A stretch of 64,000 nucleotides of DNA from Calditrichia bacterium (GTDB taxonomy: Bacteria; Calditrichota; Calditrichia; JAJRVZ01), in assembly GCA_963796965.1 (NCBI GenBank), contig CAWCNS010000004.1, positions 992,001 through 1,056,000 on the forward strand. Direction: 5' to 3'. Positions within the stretch are counted from its first letter, which is position 1. The number at the start of each line of letters is the position of its first letter. The translations under genes and the position numbers were made by a program. This document shows positions 1 through 10,946 of the stretch, piece by piece. Below the pieces are notes generated by a model that was not told the DNA's origin, searched no databases, and was given only the letters and a program-made list of their open reading frames with translations.

Positions 1-1
1 T

Positions 2-1390
2 AAAAAAACAGGATATCACACAAATACCATTCTCTGTATGGCAATACGTGAACCTGTAAAATCTAAAAAGCAAGCCGGTGGGATAATTGGTGTGTTGCAG
101 ATATTAAATAAGCAAGGCGGTATATTTACTGAGGAAGATGAAGATCTGTTGACCAGCTTGGCTTCGCAAATTGCAATCTCATTGGTCAATTCCCGGCTTT
201 ACGGTATCCTTGATAACCGTGCCAAAGAACTTGACCTTCTCTTTAATCTAGAGAAAGAGCTGGGCCGGGCCTATAATGTAAAGGAAATGTTGAAAAATAC
301 CGCGGCTTTAATCCCCAAAGCTTTAGATGTTGAAGATTGCATTATCCTCCTTCTGGATGAGGAGAGCGGCAGAATTTCTGAGGGTTTTGCAAATAAGATT
401 AAAGAGACCCTCTTGAATAATCTGGATGTCTCCTCTGAAGAAGGCATTGTAGCTCAGGTAATCAACACGGGAGAGGTGTACCTTACAAATGATACCTCCA
501 AAATTAATCAGCCGGACCTTGACCGTTTAAAATCTATCTCGTTAGAAGTGAGTCAGTTGGCCTGTATGCCGCTTATAAGTGATAAAAAAACAATTGGTGT
601 TATCTATCTGATTAATAAAAAAGGTGATCATGGTTATTTCTCAGCAAATGATCAGAAAATTCTCGAGTCATTAGCAGGCCAGATTGCCCGTGGATTGGAG
701 AATAATCGTTTAAAGGAAGAAAAAATGAAGGCGGACCGCCTCAGTGCAATTGGAAATATGATGAGTACCATTGTCCATGACCTGCGCACTCCAATGACTA
801 ATATCTATGGATTTGTAGATCTTATGCTTGATGAAGATGATCGGGAAACGCGTGAAGAATACGCTGAGATAGTAAATGATCAGATAAACCTTTTAACCAA
901 TATGACAACAGATGTATTGGATTTTGCTAAGGGTAAAACGACCATTCTTCCTGTTAAATGTGCTGTGGATAAACTTGTTAAAGATTTTGCTAAGGTCTTT
1001 GAAAATGATACCAAAAATAAAGGTTTTAATTTTGAATGGGCCGTCAATACGGCAAGTATGATTTATATCGATCCTGAAAAGATTCACCGGGTATTTATGA
1101 ATATAATGAAAAATGCCTTGGAAGCCATGTCAAAAGGAGGAACTTTTAGTATTCAGGCTGATGAACAAAATGGTGAGATAGTTTTTAGTCTGGCAGATAC
1201 GGGTAAGGGAATTCCGGAAGAGATACGGGATAAATTATTTGATTCATTTGTTACCAGTGGAAAAAAAGGAGGGACAGGATTAGGTCTCGCCATAGTCAAA
1301 AAGGTTATCGAAGAGCATAAAGGAAAGATAGAAGTTGAATCGGAACAAGGGGTTGGAACAACATTCAAAATTTATTTTCCAAAGATGTAA
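2..1390 (+). CDS. GAF-domain sensor histidine kinase (5'-truncated by window)
   Basis: Frame is open from base 2 (KKTGYHTNTILCMAI, a GAF motif). Two GAF-like segments (IGVLQILNK..FTEEDEDLL; IGVIYLINK..FSANDQKIL), HisKA H-box IVHDLRTP, N box NIMKNA, G boxes DTGKGI and GTGLGL. Confidence 0.92.
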   Translation, partial: KKTGYHTNTILCMAIREPVKSKKQAGGIIGVLQILNKQGGIFTEEDEDLLTSLASQIAISLVNSRLYGILDNRAKELDLLFNLEKELGRAYNVKEMLKNTAALIPKALDVEDCIILLLDEESGRISEGFANKIKETLLNNLDVSSEEGIVAQVINTGEVYLTNDTSKINQPDLDRLKSISLEVSQLACMPLISDKKTIGVIYLINKKGDHGYFSANDQKILESLAGQIARGLENNRLKEEKMKADRLSAIGNMMSTIVHDLRTPMTNIYGFVDLMLDEDDRETREEYAEIVNDQINLLTNMTTDVLDFAKGKTTILPVKCAVDKLVKDFAKVFENDTKNKGFNFEWAVNTASMIYIDPEKIHRVFMNIMKNALEAMSKGGTFSIQADEQNGEIVFSLADTGKGIPEEIRDKLFDSFVTSGKKGGTGLGLAIVKKVIEEHKGKIEVESEQGVGTTFKIYFPKM

Positions 1391-1392
1391 TC

Positions 1393-2337
1393 ATGTCAGC
1401 CCTAACAATCATTACACATCCAATATATCTTGAGCATGATACAGGTCCTGGTCATCCGGAACGACCGGATAGATTGCGTGCCATACTTGAGAAATTAAAA
1501 CGCAGCCCCCTTATTAATCAAGTTGAATTGATAGAAGCTGAGAGAGCAGATACCAATGCGGTTCTCGCAGCCCATTCCGAAGAACACGTAGAAAATGTAA
1601 CCGCTGCTATAAGGAATGGAACCAAAATACTTGATGGAGGCGATACTGTTGTATCAGAAAAATCTCTCGATGCGGCATTATATGCTGCTGGTGGTGTAAC
1701 AAAAGCTGTTCGGCTATTAAAAAATGAACAGACCTCAAAAGTGTTTTGTGCTGTGAGACCACCCGGACACCATGCTGAATATGATAAAGCGATGGGATTT
1801 TGTATCTTTAATAATGTCGCCGTGGCTGCGCGTTATGCACAAGCAATTGGCTTAGCCGAAAAAGTACTCATTGTTGACTGGGATGTTCATCATGGAAATG
1901 GTACCCAGGATATATTTGATCATGATCCCTCGGTTTTTTATTACAGTTTGCATCAATATCCGTTTTATCCCGGAACAGGAAGAGAGAGTGAGATTGGCTT
2001 GGGTAAAGGAGAAGGTTTTACCTTGAATCGACCCTTAAAAGCTGGCAGTACCAATGATATATATCTCACGGCATTTGAAAATGATATGGAAAGAATTGAA
2101 TCCGTATTCAAAGCAGATCTTGTTCTGATTTCGGCTGGATTTGATGCACATCGTGATGATCCATTGGCAGGAATGTTGGTGACAGAACCTGGCTTTTGGA
2201 AATTTACTGAAATTTTGGCAAAATATAGCTGGCGATATGCTAATGGAAAGATTATCTCGGTTCTGGAGGGTGGATATGATTTAAGTGCCCTGGCGGGTAG
2301 TGTTTTAACGCATCTTGACTGTTTATTAAAGCATTGA
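1393..2337 (+). CDS. Histone deacetylase family (AcuC/AphA-like) Zn-dependent deacetylase
   Basis: HPERPDRL, RPPGHHA, GFCIFNN, DWDVHHGNGTQ, SAGFDAH, LEGGY motifs. Confidence 0.95.
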   Translation: MSALTIITHPIYLEHDTGPGHPERPDRLRAILEKLKRSPLINQVELIEAERADTNAVLAAHSEEHVENVTAAIRNGTKILDGGDTVVSEKSLDAALYAAGGVTKAVRLLKNEQTSKVFCAVRPPGHHAEYDKAMGFCIFNNVAVAARYAQAIGLAEKVLIVDWDVHHGNGTQDIFDHDPSVFYYSLHQYPFYPGTGRESEIGLGKGEGFTLNRPLKAGSTNDIYLTAFENDMERIESVFKADLVLISAGFDAHRDDPLAGMLVTEPGFWKFTEILAKYSWRYANGKIISVLEGGYDLSALAGSVLTHLDCLLKH

Positions 2338-2344
2338 GGTTATA

Positions 2345-3052
2345 ATGAGATTAATGTTTTTGTGTATATTGTTTTTGTTTTCGTGTGGCCAACAATCAAC
2401 CATTAATCAAAGAACTGAAAAAATGTACGAAAAAATGCGGACCAGCATGGTTAAGGATCAAATTGAACGACGTGGGGTTCGTGATCAAAAGGTCCTGAAT
2501 GCGATGCAAAATGTTCCACGTCATGAATTTGTTCCTGATCATCTCAAGAAGTATGCCTACGCTGATGAGCCTTTACCGATAGGAGAAGATCAAACTATCT
2601 CACAACCGTATATTGTGGCCTATATGACCGAATATCTAAATCTGGAGGCTAATCATAAAGTTCTGGAAATTGGAACGGGATCAGGTTATCAGGCAGCAGT
2701 ATTAGCTGAAATAATTGATACGGTCTACACCATTGAAATTGTCGAAGTCTTGGCAACTAAGGCCAATCAAACACTCGAACGGTTGGGTTATGAAAATGTA
2801 TTTGTTAAAGGAGGGGATGGTTACAAAGGCTGGCCGGAGCATGCACCGTTTGATGCCATCATTATTACGGCCGCACCAACTAAAATCCCTCAGCCCTTGC
2901 TACAACAACTTAAAATTGGTGGACATATGATTCTGCCACTGGGCGATTATTCACAGGAGTTGGTATTGATTGAAAAAAGAGAAAATGAATATAAACAGGA
3001 GAAGTTACTACCAGTTCGGTTTGTCCCAATGACCGGAGAGGTTGCTGATTAA
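2345..3052 (+). CDS. pcm: Protein-L-isoaspartate O-methyltransferase, with N-terminal lipoprotein-like signal
   Basis: VPRHEFVP, QTISQPYIVA, VLEIGTGSGYQAA, APFDAII, VRFVPM motifs. Confidence 0.95.
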   Translation: MRLMFLCILFLFSCGQQSTINQRTEKMYEKMRTSMVKDQIERRGVRDQKVLNAMQNVPRHEFVPDHLKKYAYADEPLPIGEDQTISQPYIVAYMTEYLNLEANHKVLEIGTGSGYQAAVLAEIIDTVYTIEIVEVLATKANQTLERLGYENVFVKGGDGYKGWPEHAPFDAIIITAAPTKIPQPLLQQLKIGGHMILPLGDYSQELVLIEKRENEYKQEKLLPVRFVPMTGEVAD

Positions 3053-3061
3053 TTATACTAT

Positions 3062-4177
3062 ATGAAATCGAAAGAAGTTGTAGAAATTGCCAGGCGGATA
3101 GTTGACGATCGCATGGAGTTAGATCATCTTAGCCGATTGTATGGAACGGTAATATTCAGGCAAGATAAAAAAAATATATCTGAGAATGAAATCGATCAGA
3201 TTCAATCAGCTCTCTTCTCAAATGGTATATATTCCCAGATCCAGAAGACATCTAAAGAATACTTGTTGAGACTTCTGATTGATTTCTCCAAAGTCAAAAC
3301 AGAGAATAAAAAAATAAATTTAGTACTGTTCATTCTAACCATTTTAACAACGACTCTTACCGGATCTTTTTTAAGTGGCTATAATCCTTTTGAAACAATA
3401 CTAGGTTTGTTACAAGGAATTCCCTATTCAATTGCTGTAATGAGCATCTTAGGGGCTCATGAGATGGGTCATTACTTGTATGCAAGGAGATACCGGATCT
3501 ACGCCACCTTACCTTATTTTATACCCTTTTTTGTTCCGGGTTTTAATTTCGGTACTTTTGGGGCTTTTATTAAAATAAAATCACCTATCCCTAATAAAAA
3601 GGCTTTGTTCGATGTGGGAATTGCCGGTCCGATTGCTGGATTTATTGTAAGTTTATTTTTTTTATTTTTAGGATTTAGTTTATTACCAGACCTGGAGGGG
3701 ATAAAAGAATATATTTCGCCACGGATACATGAATGGAGTCCGACCGGGGAGGGGGCCCTTACCTTGGGAAGTTCTTTGTTATTTGACTTGATTCGTTGGG
3801 TTATGAACGCTGATCATTTACCTATGTATGAAATGTATCATTTCCCATTTATCTTTGGTGGTTGGATCGGTCTCTTTGTCACCGCTCTAAATTTAATGCC
3901 AATCGGACAACTTGATGGAGGTCATATTAGTTATGCCCTTCTAGGTAAGAGAGCTAAGATCGTTGCTATCATCGCGTTTATTGCTTTGGCCCTTTTAAAT
4001 TTTTATTCGACAAACTGGATACTGTGGACAATTCTAATTTTGCTGGTCGTACGTTTAAAGCATCCACCGACGATGGATGACCGCCCTGAATTGGACGAAT
4101 CAAGAAGAACATTAGCATGGATATCTTATATTATATTTATTACCTGTTTTACACCCATGCCCATTTATTTTTCATAG
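3062..4177 (+). CDS. Site-2 protease (M50 family intramembrane metalloprotease)
   Basis: HEMGH zinc motif, GIAGP, NLMPIGQLDGGH, multiple hydrophobic helices. Confidence 0.92.
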   Translation: MKSKEVVEIARRIVDDRMELDHLSRLYGTVIFRQDKKNISENEIDQIQSALFSNGIYSQIQKTSKEYLLRLLIDFSKVKTENKKINLVLFILTILTTTLTGSFLSGYNPFETILGLLQGIPYSIAVMSILGAHEMGHYLYARRYRIYATLPYFIPFFVPGFNFGTFGAFIKIKSPIPNKKALFDVGIAGPIAGFIVSLFFLFLGFSLLPDLEGIKEYISPRIHEWSPTGEGALTLGSSLLFDLIRWVMNADHLPMYEMYHFPFIFGGWIGLFVTALNLMPIGQLDGGHISYALLGKRAKIVAIIAFIALALLNFYSTNWILWTILILLVVRLKHPPTMDDRPELDESRRTLAWISYIIFITCFTPMPIYFS

Positions 4178-4287
4178 TTGTCGCAAACATAAGGGGTGAG
4201 CAATAAAATATCCATGCTGCGATGGTTGATTAAGTTTAATTCTATCCCGTCTGTTGTCGATATCTTATTATTGAAATAGGAGTTGGT

Positions 4288-4875
4288 TTGAAAATTGTAT
4301 TAATTTTGATTGGATTAATAATAGTATTTCTCGTCGTCATTAACTACTTGAGAAAATTGCATTTAGATGCTCTGCACTTTAATCTTCTTGAACTTGTTGA
4401 TGCCATCGGTGGACAAGTTATGAGACGTGGATTCTTATCACGTCCAGTTTACCATGGAAAATATAAAGGCGTTGATCTGACTATCAATTTTAGTTCGGAG
4501 CGCAGTCAGAAGAAGCGCCGCGAATACCTTGATATAAGTCTTTCAAGGAACCTCAAGAATAATCTCACAATTTCGACACGTGAATGGATTGAAAACAGAA
4601 GTGAGGGATCCCTGGAGGATTTTGAATCACTGGAAATAAATGGACAGGATGGCTATGTGATAAAAAATGCAACAAAGGCAAACTATCTAAAAAATGACCA
4701 GGATGTAAAATTTAAGAAGATTGTACAAGCGCTCACACCGTTCGCTTATATCTTTTGTGGTCAGAATGGTGTCATCTTCGAAAGGGAATGCGATAATTTG
4801 GCCACCTGTACAAAACATCCCCAATTAAAGGATACCATTACCTCTCTAAACCAATTAACCCAGATATTAAAATAA
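4288..4875 (+). CDS. Hypothetical protein with N-terminal membrane anchor
   Basis: 195-aa ORF, TTG start after AGGAG RBS, hydrophobic N-terminus; stop overlaps era start (TAATG). Confidence 0.75.
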   Translation: MKIVLILIGLIIVFLVVINYLRKLHLDALHFNLLELVDAIGGQVMRRGFLSRPVYHGKYKGVDLTINFSSERSQKKRREYLDISLSRNLKNNLTISTREWIENRSEGSLEDFESLEINGQDGYVIKNATKANYLKNDQDVKFKKIVQALTPFAYIFCGQNGVIFERECDNLATCTKHPQLKDTITSLNQLTQILK

Positions 4876-5786
4876 TGCCAGATCACAAATTATTCAGAGC
4901 CGGATACATAACCATTTTGGGAAGACCAAATGTTGGTAAGTCTACCCTTCTTAATCGTCTGCTTGATTTTAGGTTATCGATTATTTCTCCTCGCCCGCAA
5001 ACAACCCGTCGGCGCATCATGGGTATTATGAATAAAACCAATTTGCAGATCATTTTCCTTGATACACCTGGATTGTTGGATCCTAAATATAAGTTTCAGC
5101 AGGTTATGAATAATTTTATTCAATCATCAATTGCTGATGCTGATGTTTTGCTTTATATGGTAGAGGCTAAAAAACCATCAGCCGAAAGTCGTATGAATAT
5201 TGAAGAGGAAATTGCTCTACTTGAAAAAAATAATCCACAAAAAAGACCTGTAATCCTGGTTCTCAATAAAATTGATTTGTTATCCAAAGAATATATTCTT
5301 CCTATGATGAAGACTTTTGCCGAACTGTATACATTTTTAAACCTGATCCCTGTGTCTGCTCTCAAAAAAGACGGTTTAGAAGAGTTGACAAGAGAGTTAC
5401 ATCAAATTATCCCCTTGCACCCACCCTTTTATGATCCCGATATGTTGACCGAGCAACCGGAGCGGTTTTTTGTGTCTGAGTTTATACGGGAACAGATATT
5501 TCTCTATTTTCGAGAAGAAGTCCCTTACGCCACTGAAGTACAAATCGAAGAGTTTATTGAAAGAGAAAAGGGAAAAGATCTGATCCGGGCAACAATATTT
5601 GTGGAGCGAAATTCACAAAAAGGAATCATCATTGGCAAAAAGGGTGAAACGCTTAAAAAAATTGGTCTTAAATCAAGAAAAGTCATTGAATCCTTTCTGG
5701 ACAGGGAAGTTTATCTTGAACTAAGAGTTAAGGTAAGCAAGGATTGGCGAAAACGGGATGATCAAATCAAGGAGTTTGGATACTAG
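4875..5786 (+). CDS. era: GTPase Era
   Basis: GRPNVGKST, PQTTR, DTPG, NKID, KH-domain IIIGKKG, LELRVKV..WR. Confidence 0.97.
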   Translation: MPDHKLFRAGYITILGRPNVGKSTLLNRLLDFRLSIISPRPQTTRRRIMGIMNKTNLQIIFLDTPGLLDPKYKFQQVMNNFIQSSIADADVLLYMVEAKKPSAESRMNIEEEIALLEKNNPQKRPVILVLNKIDLLSKEYILPMMKTFAELYTFLNLIPVSALKKDGLEELTRELHQIIPLHPPFYDPDMLTEQPERFFVSEFIREQIFLYFREEVPYATEVQIEEFIEREKGKDLIRATIFVERNSQKGIIIGKKGETLKKIGLKSRKVIESFLDREVYLELRVKVSKDWRKRDDQIKEFGY

Positions 5787-5983
5787 CCTGCACACTGATA
5801 GGAGATACGGGATACCAGATACGTGAGAAAAATCTACTAAATAGATGTTATCAAATAATCCTATCTTGTTCAACTTAATGTATGGAAGTTGTGATTTGAA
5901 ATTTATTTGATATTTGATATTTGTGATTTGTCATTTCAAAAACATTGCTACAATAGCATAAACGGGTCTCCTGGATAAAAGTC

Positions 5984-6673
5984 ATGCAACCAAAACTACT
6001 GTTATTCGACATAGATGGAACCATTCTCTCAGCACGGGGCATTCCAAAATATGTGATGAAAAAGGTTCTATCACAGCGATTCCCAAGTTTTTCTTATGAC
6101 GAAGAATATGATTTTTCAGGAAGAACAGATCCTGAAATCATTGAACACTTATTATCCCATGCCCAGGTTGAATTTTCAACGAAAGACATAAATGAAATAC
6201 TTATAAAATTTACGGCTCTTCTGGAAAGAGAATTTAATAATAACCATCGTCCGTATTTGTTAGAAGGAGTCGAAAATCTGATAAATGCTCTACTTACTAC
6301 TGAACATGTATATTTGGGCTTGGTAACAGGGAATATATCAGAAGGGGCCAGAATAAAATTAGAAAGTGTGGGTTTATATCATAATTTTCCCATTGGCGGA
6401 TTTGGAGATGATTCAAAAAACCGGATAGATTTGCCACCCATTGCCCTGGAAAGGGCGCAAGAATATTATAATATTCCATTTTCAAAGCCACATACCTGGA
6501 TAATAGGTGACAGTATATATGATATAAAATGTGCTGAAATGAATAATTTACGTTGTCTGGCCGTGGCTTCAGGTAAAACGCAAAAGCATGTCTTGGCATC
6601 TGCTAATCCTGAATTTTTGAAAGATGACCTCTCTGAAACCCAATCGATATTAGATATATTGGTAAATTCATAA
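5984..6673 (+). CDS. HAD-superfamily hydrolase
   Basis: Motif I FDIDGT, motif II VTGN, motif IV IIGDS..D. Confidence 0.9.
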   Translation: MQPKLLLFDIDGTILSARGIPKYVMKKVLSQRFPSFSYDEEYDFSGRTDPEIIEHLLSHAQVEFSTKDINEILIKFTALLEREFNNNHRPYLLEGVENLINALLTTEHVYLGLVTGNISEGARIKLESVGLYHNFPIGGFGDDSKNRIDLPPIALERAQEYYNIPFSKPHTWIIGDSIYDIKCAEMNNLRCLAVASGKTQKHVLASANPEFLKDDLSETQSILDILVNS

Positions 6674-6704
6674 ATAAAGTTCACTTTTTATCCCCTTCCA
6701 AATA

Positions 6705-8036
6705 ATGCTTGAAAAAAAAATGAAGACATCCCATAGAATTTTTATTGGTGATGCCCGAGATATGAAGTTTTTGCAGGATGAATCTGTCCATTTATGTATT
6801 ACCTCTCCACCCTACTGGCAAATAAAGGATTATGGGACAAGTGGGCAAATTGGATTTCGTGACTCCTATGAAGATTATATCAATAATTTAAATTTGGTGT
6901 GGCAGGAAACATATCGTGTCTTGAAACCGGGATGTCGGTTCTGTGTTAATATTGGTGATCAATTTGCTCGTGCCACATATTACGGTCGGTATAAAATTAT
7001 CCCCATCAGAACAGAAATCATCAAATTTTGTGAATCAATCGGTTTTGATTATATGGGAGTTATCATATGGCAGAAGGTTACAACGACTAATACATCGGGT
7101 GGTGCCAGTATTATGGGATCGTATCCATATCCCAGAAATGGTATCATCAAACTGGATTATGAATTTATTCTTATTTTTAAAAAACCAGGAGAAACAGAGA
7201 AAATTAACAAGGCACGAAAACAACGTTCTCAATTGAGTAAAGAAGAATGGCATGAATATTTCTCAGGTCATTGGGCGATTCCCGGTAACAAGCAAAAAGA
7301 TCATTTGGCTGTATTTCCAGTTGAGATACCGAATCGGCTGATTAAGATGTTTAGCTTTATTGGAGAGGTTGTACTCGATCCATTTCTTGGTAGTGGGACT
7401 ACATCTTTTAGTGCTATGAATCATTATCGCCACTCAATCGGCATTGAAATTAATGATAAATTTCTACCGGTTATTAAAAAGAAACTTGGTTTTTTGGGTC
7501 AGGATTTTCCTCATGATGTGCAAGTAAACTTTAATCAAAACGAAATGAATAATGCTGAAATAAAGAAACGGATTCAAAAATTCCCCTATCGTTTTTCTGA
7601 TCCACACCAACTGGTAAGGAAACAAACTTCAGAGATTAAAAAGTATGGATCAAAAATATCGGATAGAGATAAGGATCCCCTCACATACTATTCGGTAATA
7701 AAAATTCTTGAGGGTGATCTAATTCGTTTAAGTAATGGGAAAAATATCCGCTTATTGGGTGTTAAAATTAGTCGGAAAGACAACCAGGCTGCTATTCAAT
7801 TTCTTACAAAGAAAACAAAATCCCGACAAGTATTTGTCATATTTGATCAGGATAAAAAAGATTGTGATGGTAATTGGATGGGATACCTATATTTAAAAAA
7901 CAAAACATTTTTAAATGCTCATCTCATCAAAACCGGCCTGGCACAAGCAGATCCAGAGGGAAGATATAAGCATAAGAAAAGATTTTTATCCTATCAACAG
8001 AGTTTTTTAAGTCTATCCAAAGAAATAAAAGAATGA
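6705..8036 (+). CDS. Beta-class N4/N6 DNA methyltransferase fused to a C-terminal thermonuclease (SNase)-like domain
   Basis: TSPPYW (motif IV) precedes VLDPFLGSGTT (motif I). The C-terminal ~110 aa has an SNase pattern (IKILEGDLIRL..IRLLGV..YLYL..FLNAHLIKTGLA). Confidence 0.9.
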   Translation: MLEKKMKTSHRIFIGDARDMKFLQDESVHLCITSPPYWQIKDYGTSGQIGFRDSYEDYINNLNLVWQETYRVLKPGCRFCVNIGDQFARATYYGRYKIIPIRTEIIKFCESIGFDYMGVIIWQKVTTTNTSGGASIMGSYPYPRNGIIKLDYEFILIFKKPGETEKINKARKQRSQLSKEEWHEYFSGHWAIPGNKQKDHLAVFPVEIPNRLIKMFSFIGEVVLDPFLGSGTTSFSAMNHYRHSIGIEINDKFLPVIKKKLGFLGQDFPHDVQVNFNQNEMNNAEIKKRIQKFPYRFSDPHQLVRKQTSEIKKYGSKISDRDKDPLTYYSVIKILEGDLIRLSNGKNIRLLGVKISRKDNQAAIQFLTKKTKSRQVFVIFDQDKKDCDGNWMGYLYLKNKTFLNAHLIKTGLAQADPEGRYKHKKRFLSYQQSFLSLSKEIKE

Positions 8037-8602
8037 ATACGGAATCCGTACGCTGTTTTATCGCAATCAAACTACCTTCGGATGTCAGGGTTCAGATTGA
8101 ATCCTATGTTCAAAATCTTGCTCGCTATACCAAGATGGTAAGATGGGTTAAATCCGATAGTTTACATCTTACATTAAAATTCTTGGGAGAAATCGAATAT
8201 AGTAAACTGGAAATAATAAAATCCAGGTTGGAACGGGTAGATTTGGTTGGCTCATCTTTTGATATTAAGATTATAGGTTCTGGATGTTTCCCCGGACATA
8301 AAAAACCCCAGGTGTTTTGGCTAGGCGTAGATCGGAATGCCGTTTCTCATCTGAGTGAAATTCAGTTTTGGCTGGAGGAAGTTTTAAGCCAGGTCGGGTT
8401 TGAAAAGGAAAAACGCAGATTCTCACCACATCTGACGATAGGCCGGGTGAAAGGAAATGAAAGTTTTTCCGAACTCTATTCATATTTAGACCGGCACCAA
8501 TTTAGCAGCAAAAAATTTAGGGTGGAGAACATTTTTTTAATTCGTAGTATTCTCAAACCAACCGGTGCAGAATATGAAGTCCTGGGTACTTATCCCCTTT
8601 GA
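8033..8602 (+). CDS. thpR: RNA 2',3'-cyclic phosphodiesterase (2H family)
   Basis: RCFIAI, HLTLKFLG and FSPHLTIGR (two HxT motifs). Confidence 0.93.
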   Translation: MNTESVRCFIAIKLPSDVRVQIESYVQNLARYTKMVRWVKSDSLHLTLKFLGEIEYSKLEIIKSRLERVDLVGSSFDIKIIGSGCFPGHKKPQVFWLGVDRNAVSHLSEIQFWLEEVLSQVGFEKEKRRFSPHLTIGRVKGNESFSELYSYLDRHQFSSKKFRVENIFLIRSILKPTGAEYEVLGTYPL

Positions 8603-8804
8603 TTTTCACGGGTTTACCGCCATTCTGCTTCCTCATCACTTGTACTAATTTATTTCACTCTCCTTTTGGGATAGGATAGGGGGAGAATGAGGTTAAAAGT
8701 ACGAGTATATTCTAAGTATGAACTGAATACTCATAATATTAATAATTGAATCTAATGATAGGATAAAGTAAATTTTTTGTTTCTAAATCACATAAGGACT
8801 TCGT

Positions 8805-10718
8805 ATGGCAGAATTCAAACCTCATATCCCGGCTACAGCAGAGATCAAAGATTTTAGTATAAAAGCTCTCCTGGTTGGTGCTGTTTTTGGCGTACTTTTT
8901 GGTAGTGCGAATGCATATCTGGGTTTACGGGTTGGTTTAACTATCAGTACAGCCATTCCTCTTGCAGTTATCTCAGTCGCATTTTTTAAGTCTTTTAGTT
9001 GGCTGTTTGGTAAAACTTCGATTCTTGAGGCAAATATTGCCCAAACCACCGGTTCTGCAAGTTCATCATTGGCATCTGGCATTATTTTTACCAGTTCCTG
9101 CTCTTTTTATTTGGGGATATGAACCAGAATTGTTTCAGATCGCCTCCTTGGTATGCTGGGTGGGATGTTGGGGATTGTATTTATGATCCCGCTACGCCGT
9201 TTTCTAATTGTTAAGAGAGCATAATACGCTTACCTTATCCTGAAGGGACTGCCGCGCGCAGGTTTGATAGCTGCCGATGTGGAGGGAGTAAGGCTAAATT
9301 TGTTTTTCTGGGATTGGGGCTTGGTGCGATATATAAGGGGATGCTTTCATTTGCTAAATTATGGCCATCCGAAATAAGCCTTCAAATTCCCGGTTTAAAA
9401 AAGGGCGAACTGGGCCTGGAAGCCACACCTGCTTTCTCAGGTGTTGGTTATATTTTGGGTTTCGGGATTTCTGCAATAATGGTTGCTGGTGGATTCCTCT
9501 CATGGCTAGGAATAATTCCGGCGATTGCACATTTTGGGGAATATTGGCAAAATCCCATGTTTCCTGAAAGTGAAAAGTTAATATCCGAAATGACTCCACA
9601 ATTGATTTGGACACGATATGTCCGTTATATCGGTGCCGGTGCTGTGGCGGTTGCTGGGATTATTACGGTCATATAAATCATTACCCACGATGATAATTCT
9701 CTGAAAATTGGGATAAAAGAATTATCACCGAAAGCAATAACTGAAATACAGAACAGATTACGAACAGATCAGATTTATCTTTCAAAGTTGTTATCGCTAT
9801 AGTTGCTTTATTTTTATTGTAGGTGATTGGGACACCATATATTGTGGGCGGTGATCAAGTTTAATTACACGTATTGTCGGTTCTCTGGCCATTGTTTTTT
9901 CGCTTTTGTTTTTGTTACCGTTTCATCACGAATTGTAGGCCTGGTGGGTGTTTCATCTAATCCAACTCCGGGATGGCGATTGTAACATCTAATGGGAACA
10001 AGTGCAATATTTTATCTGCTTGGCTGGACGGATGGATTGAGCAAAACAGCAGTTTTGACAATCGGAACGGTTGTTGCCGTATCGGCCTCAATTGCTGGGG
10101 ATATTTCGCAGGATTTGAAATCTGGATATATTATTGGAGCTACTCCCAGGCGACAGCAGGCGAGCGAGTTATTTGGTGCATTTACATCTGCTTTTTTTAT
10201 TGCCCTTGCGGTAGTTACCCTGGGTGAAGTCTATGGATTTGGTAGCAGAGATCTGGCTGCGCCACAGGCGACATTGATGAAAACGGTTGTTGATGGGGTG
10301 TTACAGGCCAATTTACCATGGAACCTGGTTCTTATTGGTGCAAGTTTTGCGATAGTGTCAGAGTTATTGTCTGTTCCCTCTTTACCTTTTGCCGTTGGTA
10401 TTTATCTCCCCTTATCTACAATGACACCTGTTTTCTTAGGCGGGGTCATAAAACATTTTGTTGAATTGAAAAAGAATCAAAAGACAGATGATATCGCTGA
10501 GAAACAAACGGATACCGGGGTTTTACTCAGTTCCGGATTGATTGCCGGTGAAGGAATAATGGGGGTACTTAATTGCCGGTTATGCGGTCTGGACGGCCTC
10601 AAAACCTGGTGGTGTTTCATTTGGATTAAGCGGTATTGCCGGCGATTTGGTATCATTTATCATATTTGCTGGTCTCGGATTTTTTATTTATCAGATTTCG
10701 ATTCGAAAGAAAGCATAA
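8805..10718 (+). CDS. OPT-family oligopeptide transporter (multiple frameshifts, probably sequencing errors)
   Basis: Fragments: ANAYLGLRVGLTISTAIP, EANIAQT, GLVGVSSNP, DISQDLKSGYIIGATPRRQQ, APQATLM, LPFAVGIYLP, SGLIAGE. The last frame ends QISIRKKA* at 10718. Confidence 0.88.
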
Positions 10719-10766
10719 ATATAAATTACGAATTACAGATTACGATTTACTAACCTGTATAATTCA

Positions 10767-10901
10767 TTTCTCGCAAAGACGCCAAGACGCAGAGAAATAA
10801 TACAAAACAACTAAAAAGTAATATAAAATATAATGAAGTTTTCTCTTTCAAAGTGAAGAGAAGAATTTTGTATTCAACATCTTTACGTCTCTGCGAGAGA
10901 A
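10767..10901. repeat. Intergenic inverted-repeat element, 'CGCAGAGACGCAAAG' family, copy 1
   Basis: Left arm TCTCGCAAAGACGCCAAGACGCAGAGA and right arm CATCTTTACGTCTCTGCGAGAGA around an AT-rich core; same family as 62797-62958. Confidence 0.75.
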
Positions 10902-10946
10902 TAATATTAAAAGAATATATTTCTATAAGAAGAAAGTGAGGCATTC

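Noticed and set aside
4237..4263. Fifth sigma28-like site TAATTCTA-N11-GTCGATAT upstream of the hypothetical-era genes
   Set aside because: Both boxes deviate and the -35 lacks the AG core seen in the other four sites; too weak to include.
6705..8602. Complete restriction-modification or defence island
   Set aside because: No REase or other defence gene is adjacent; the neighbours are housekeeping-type genes.
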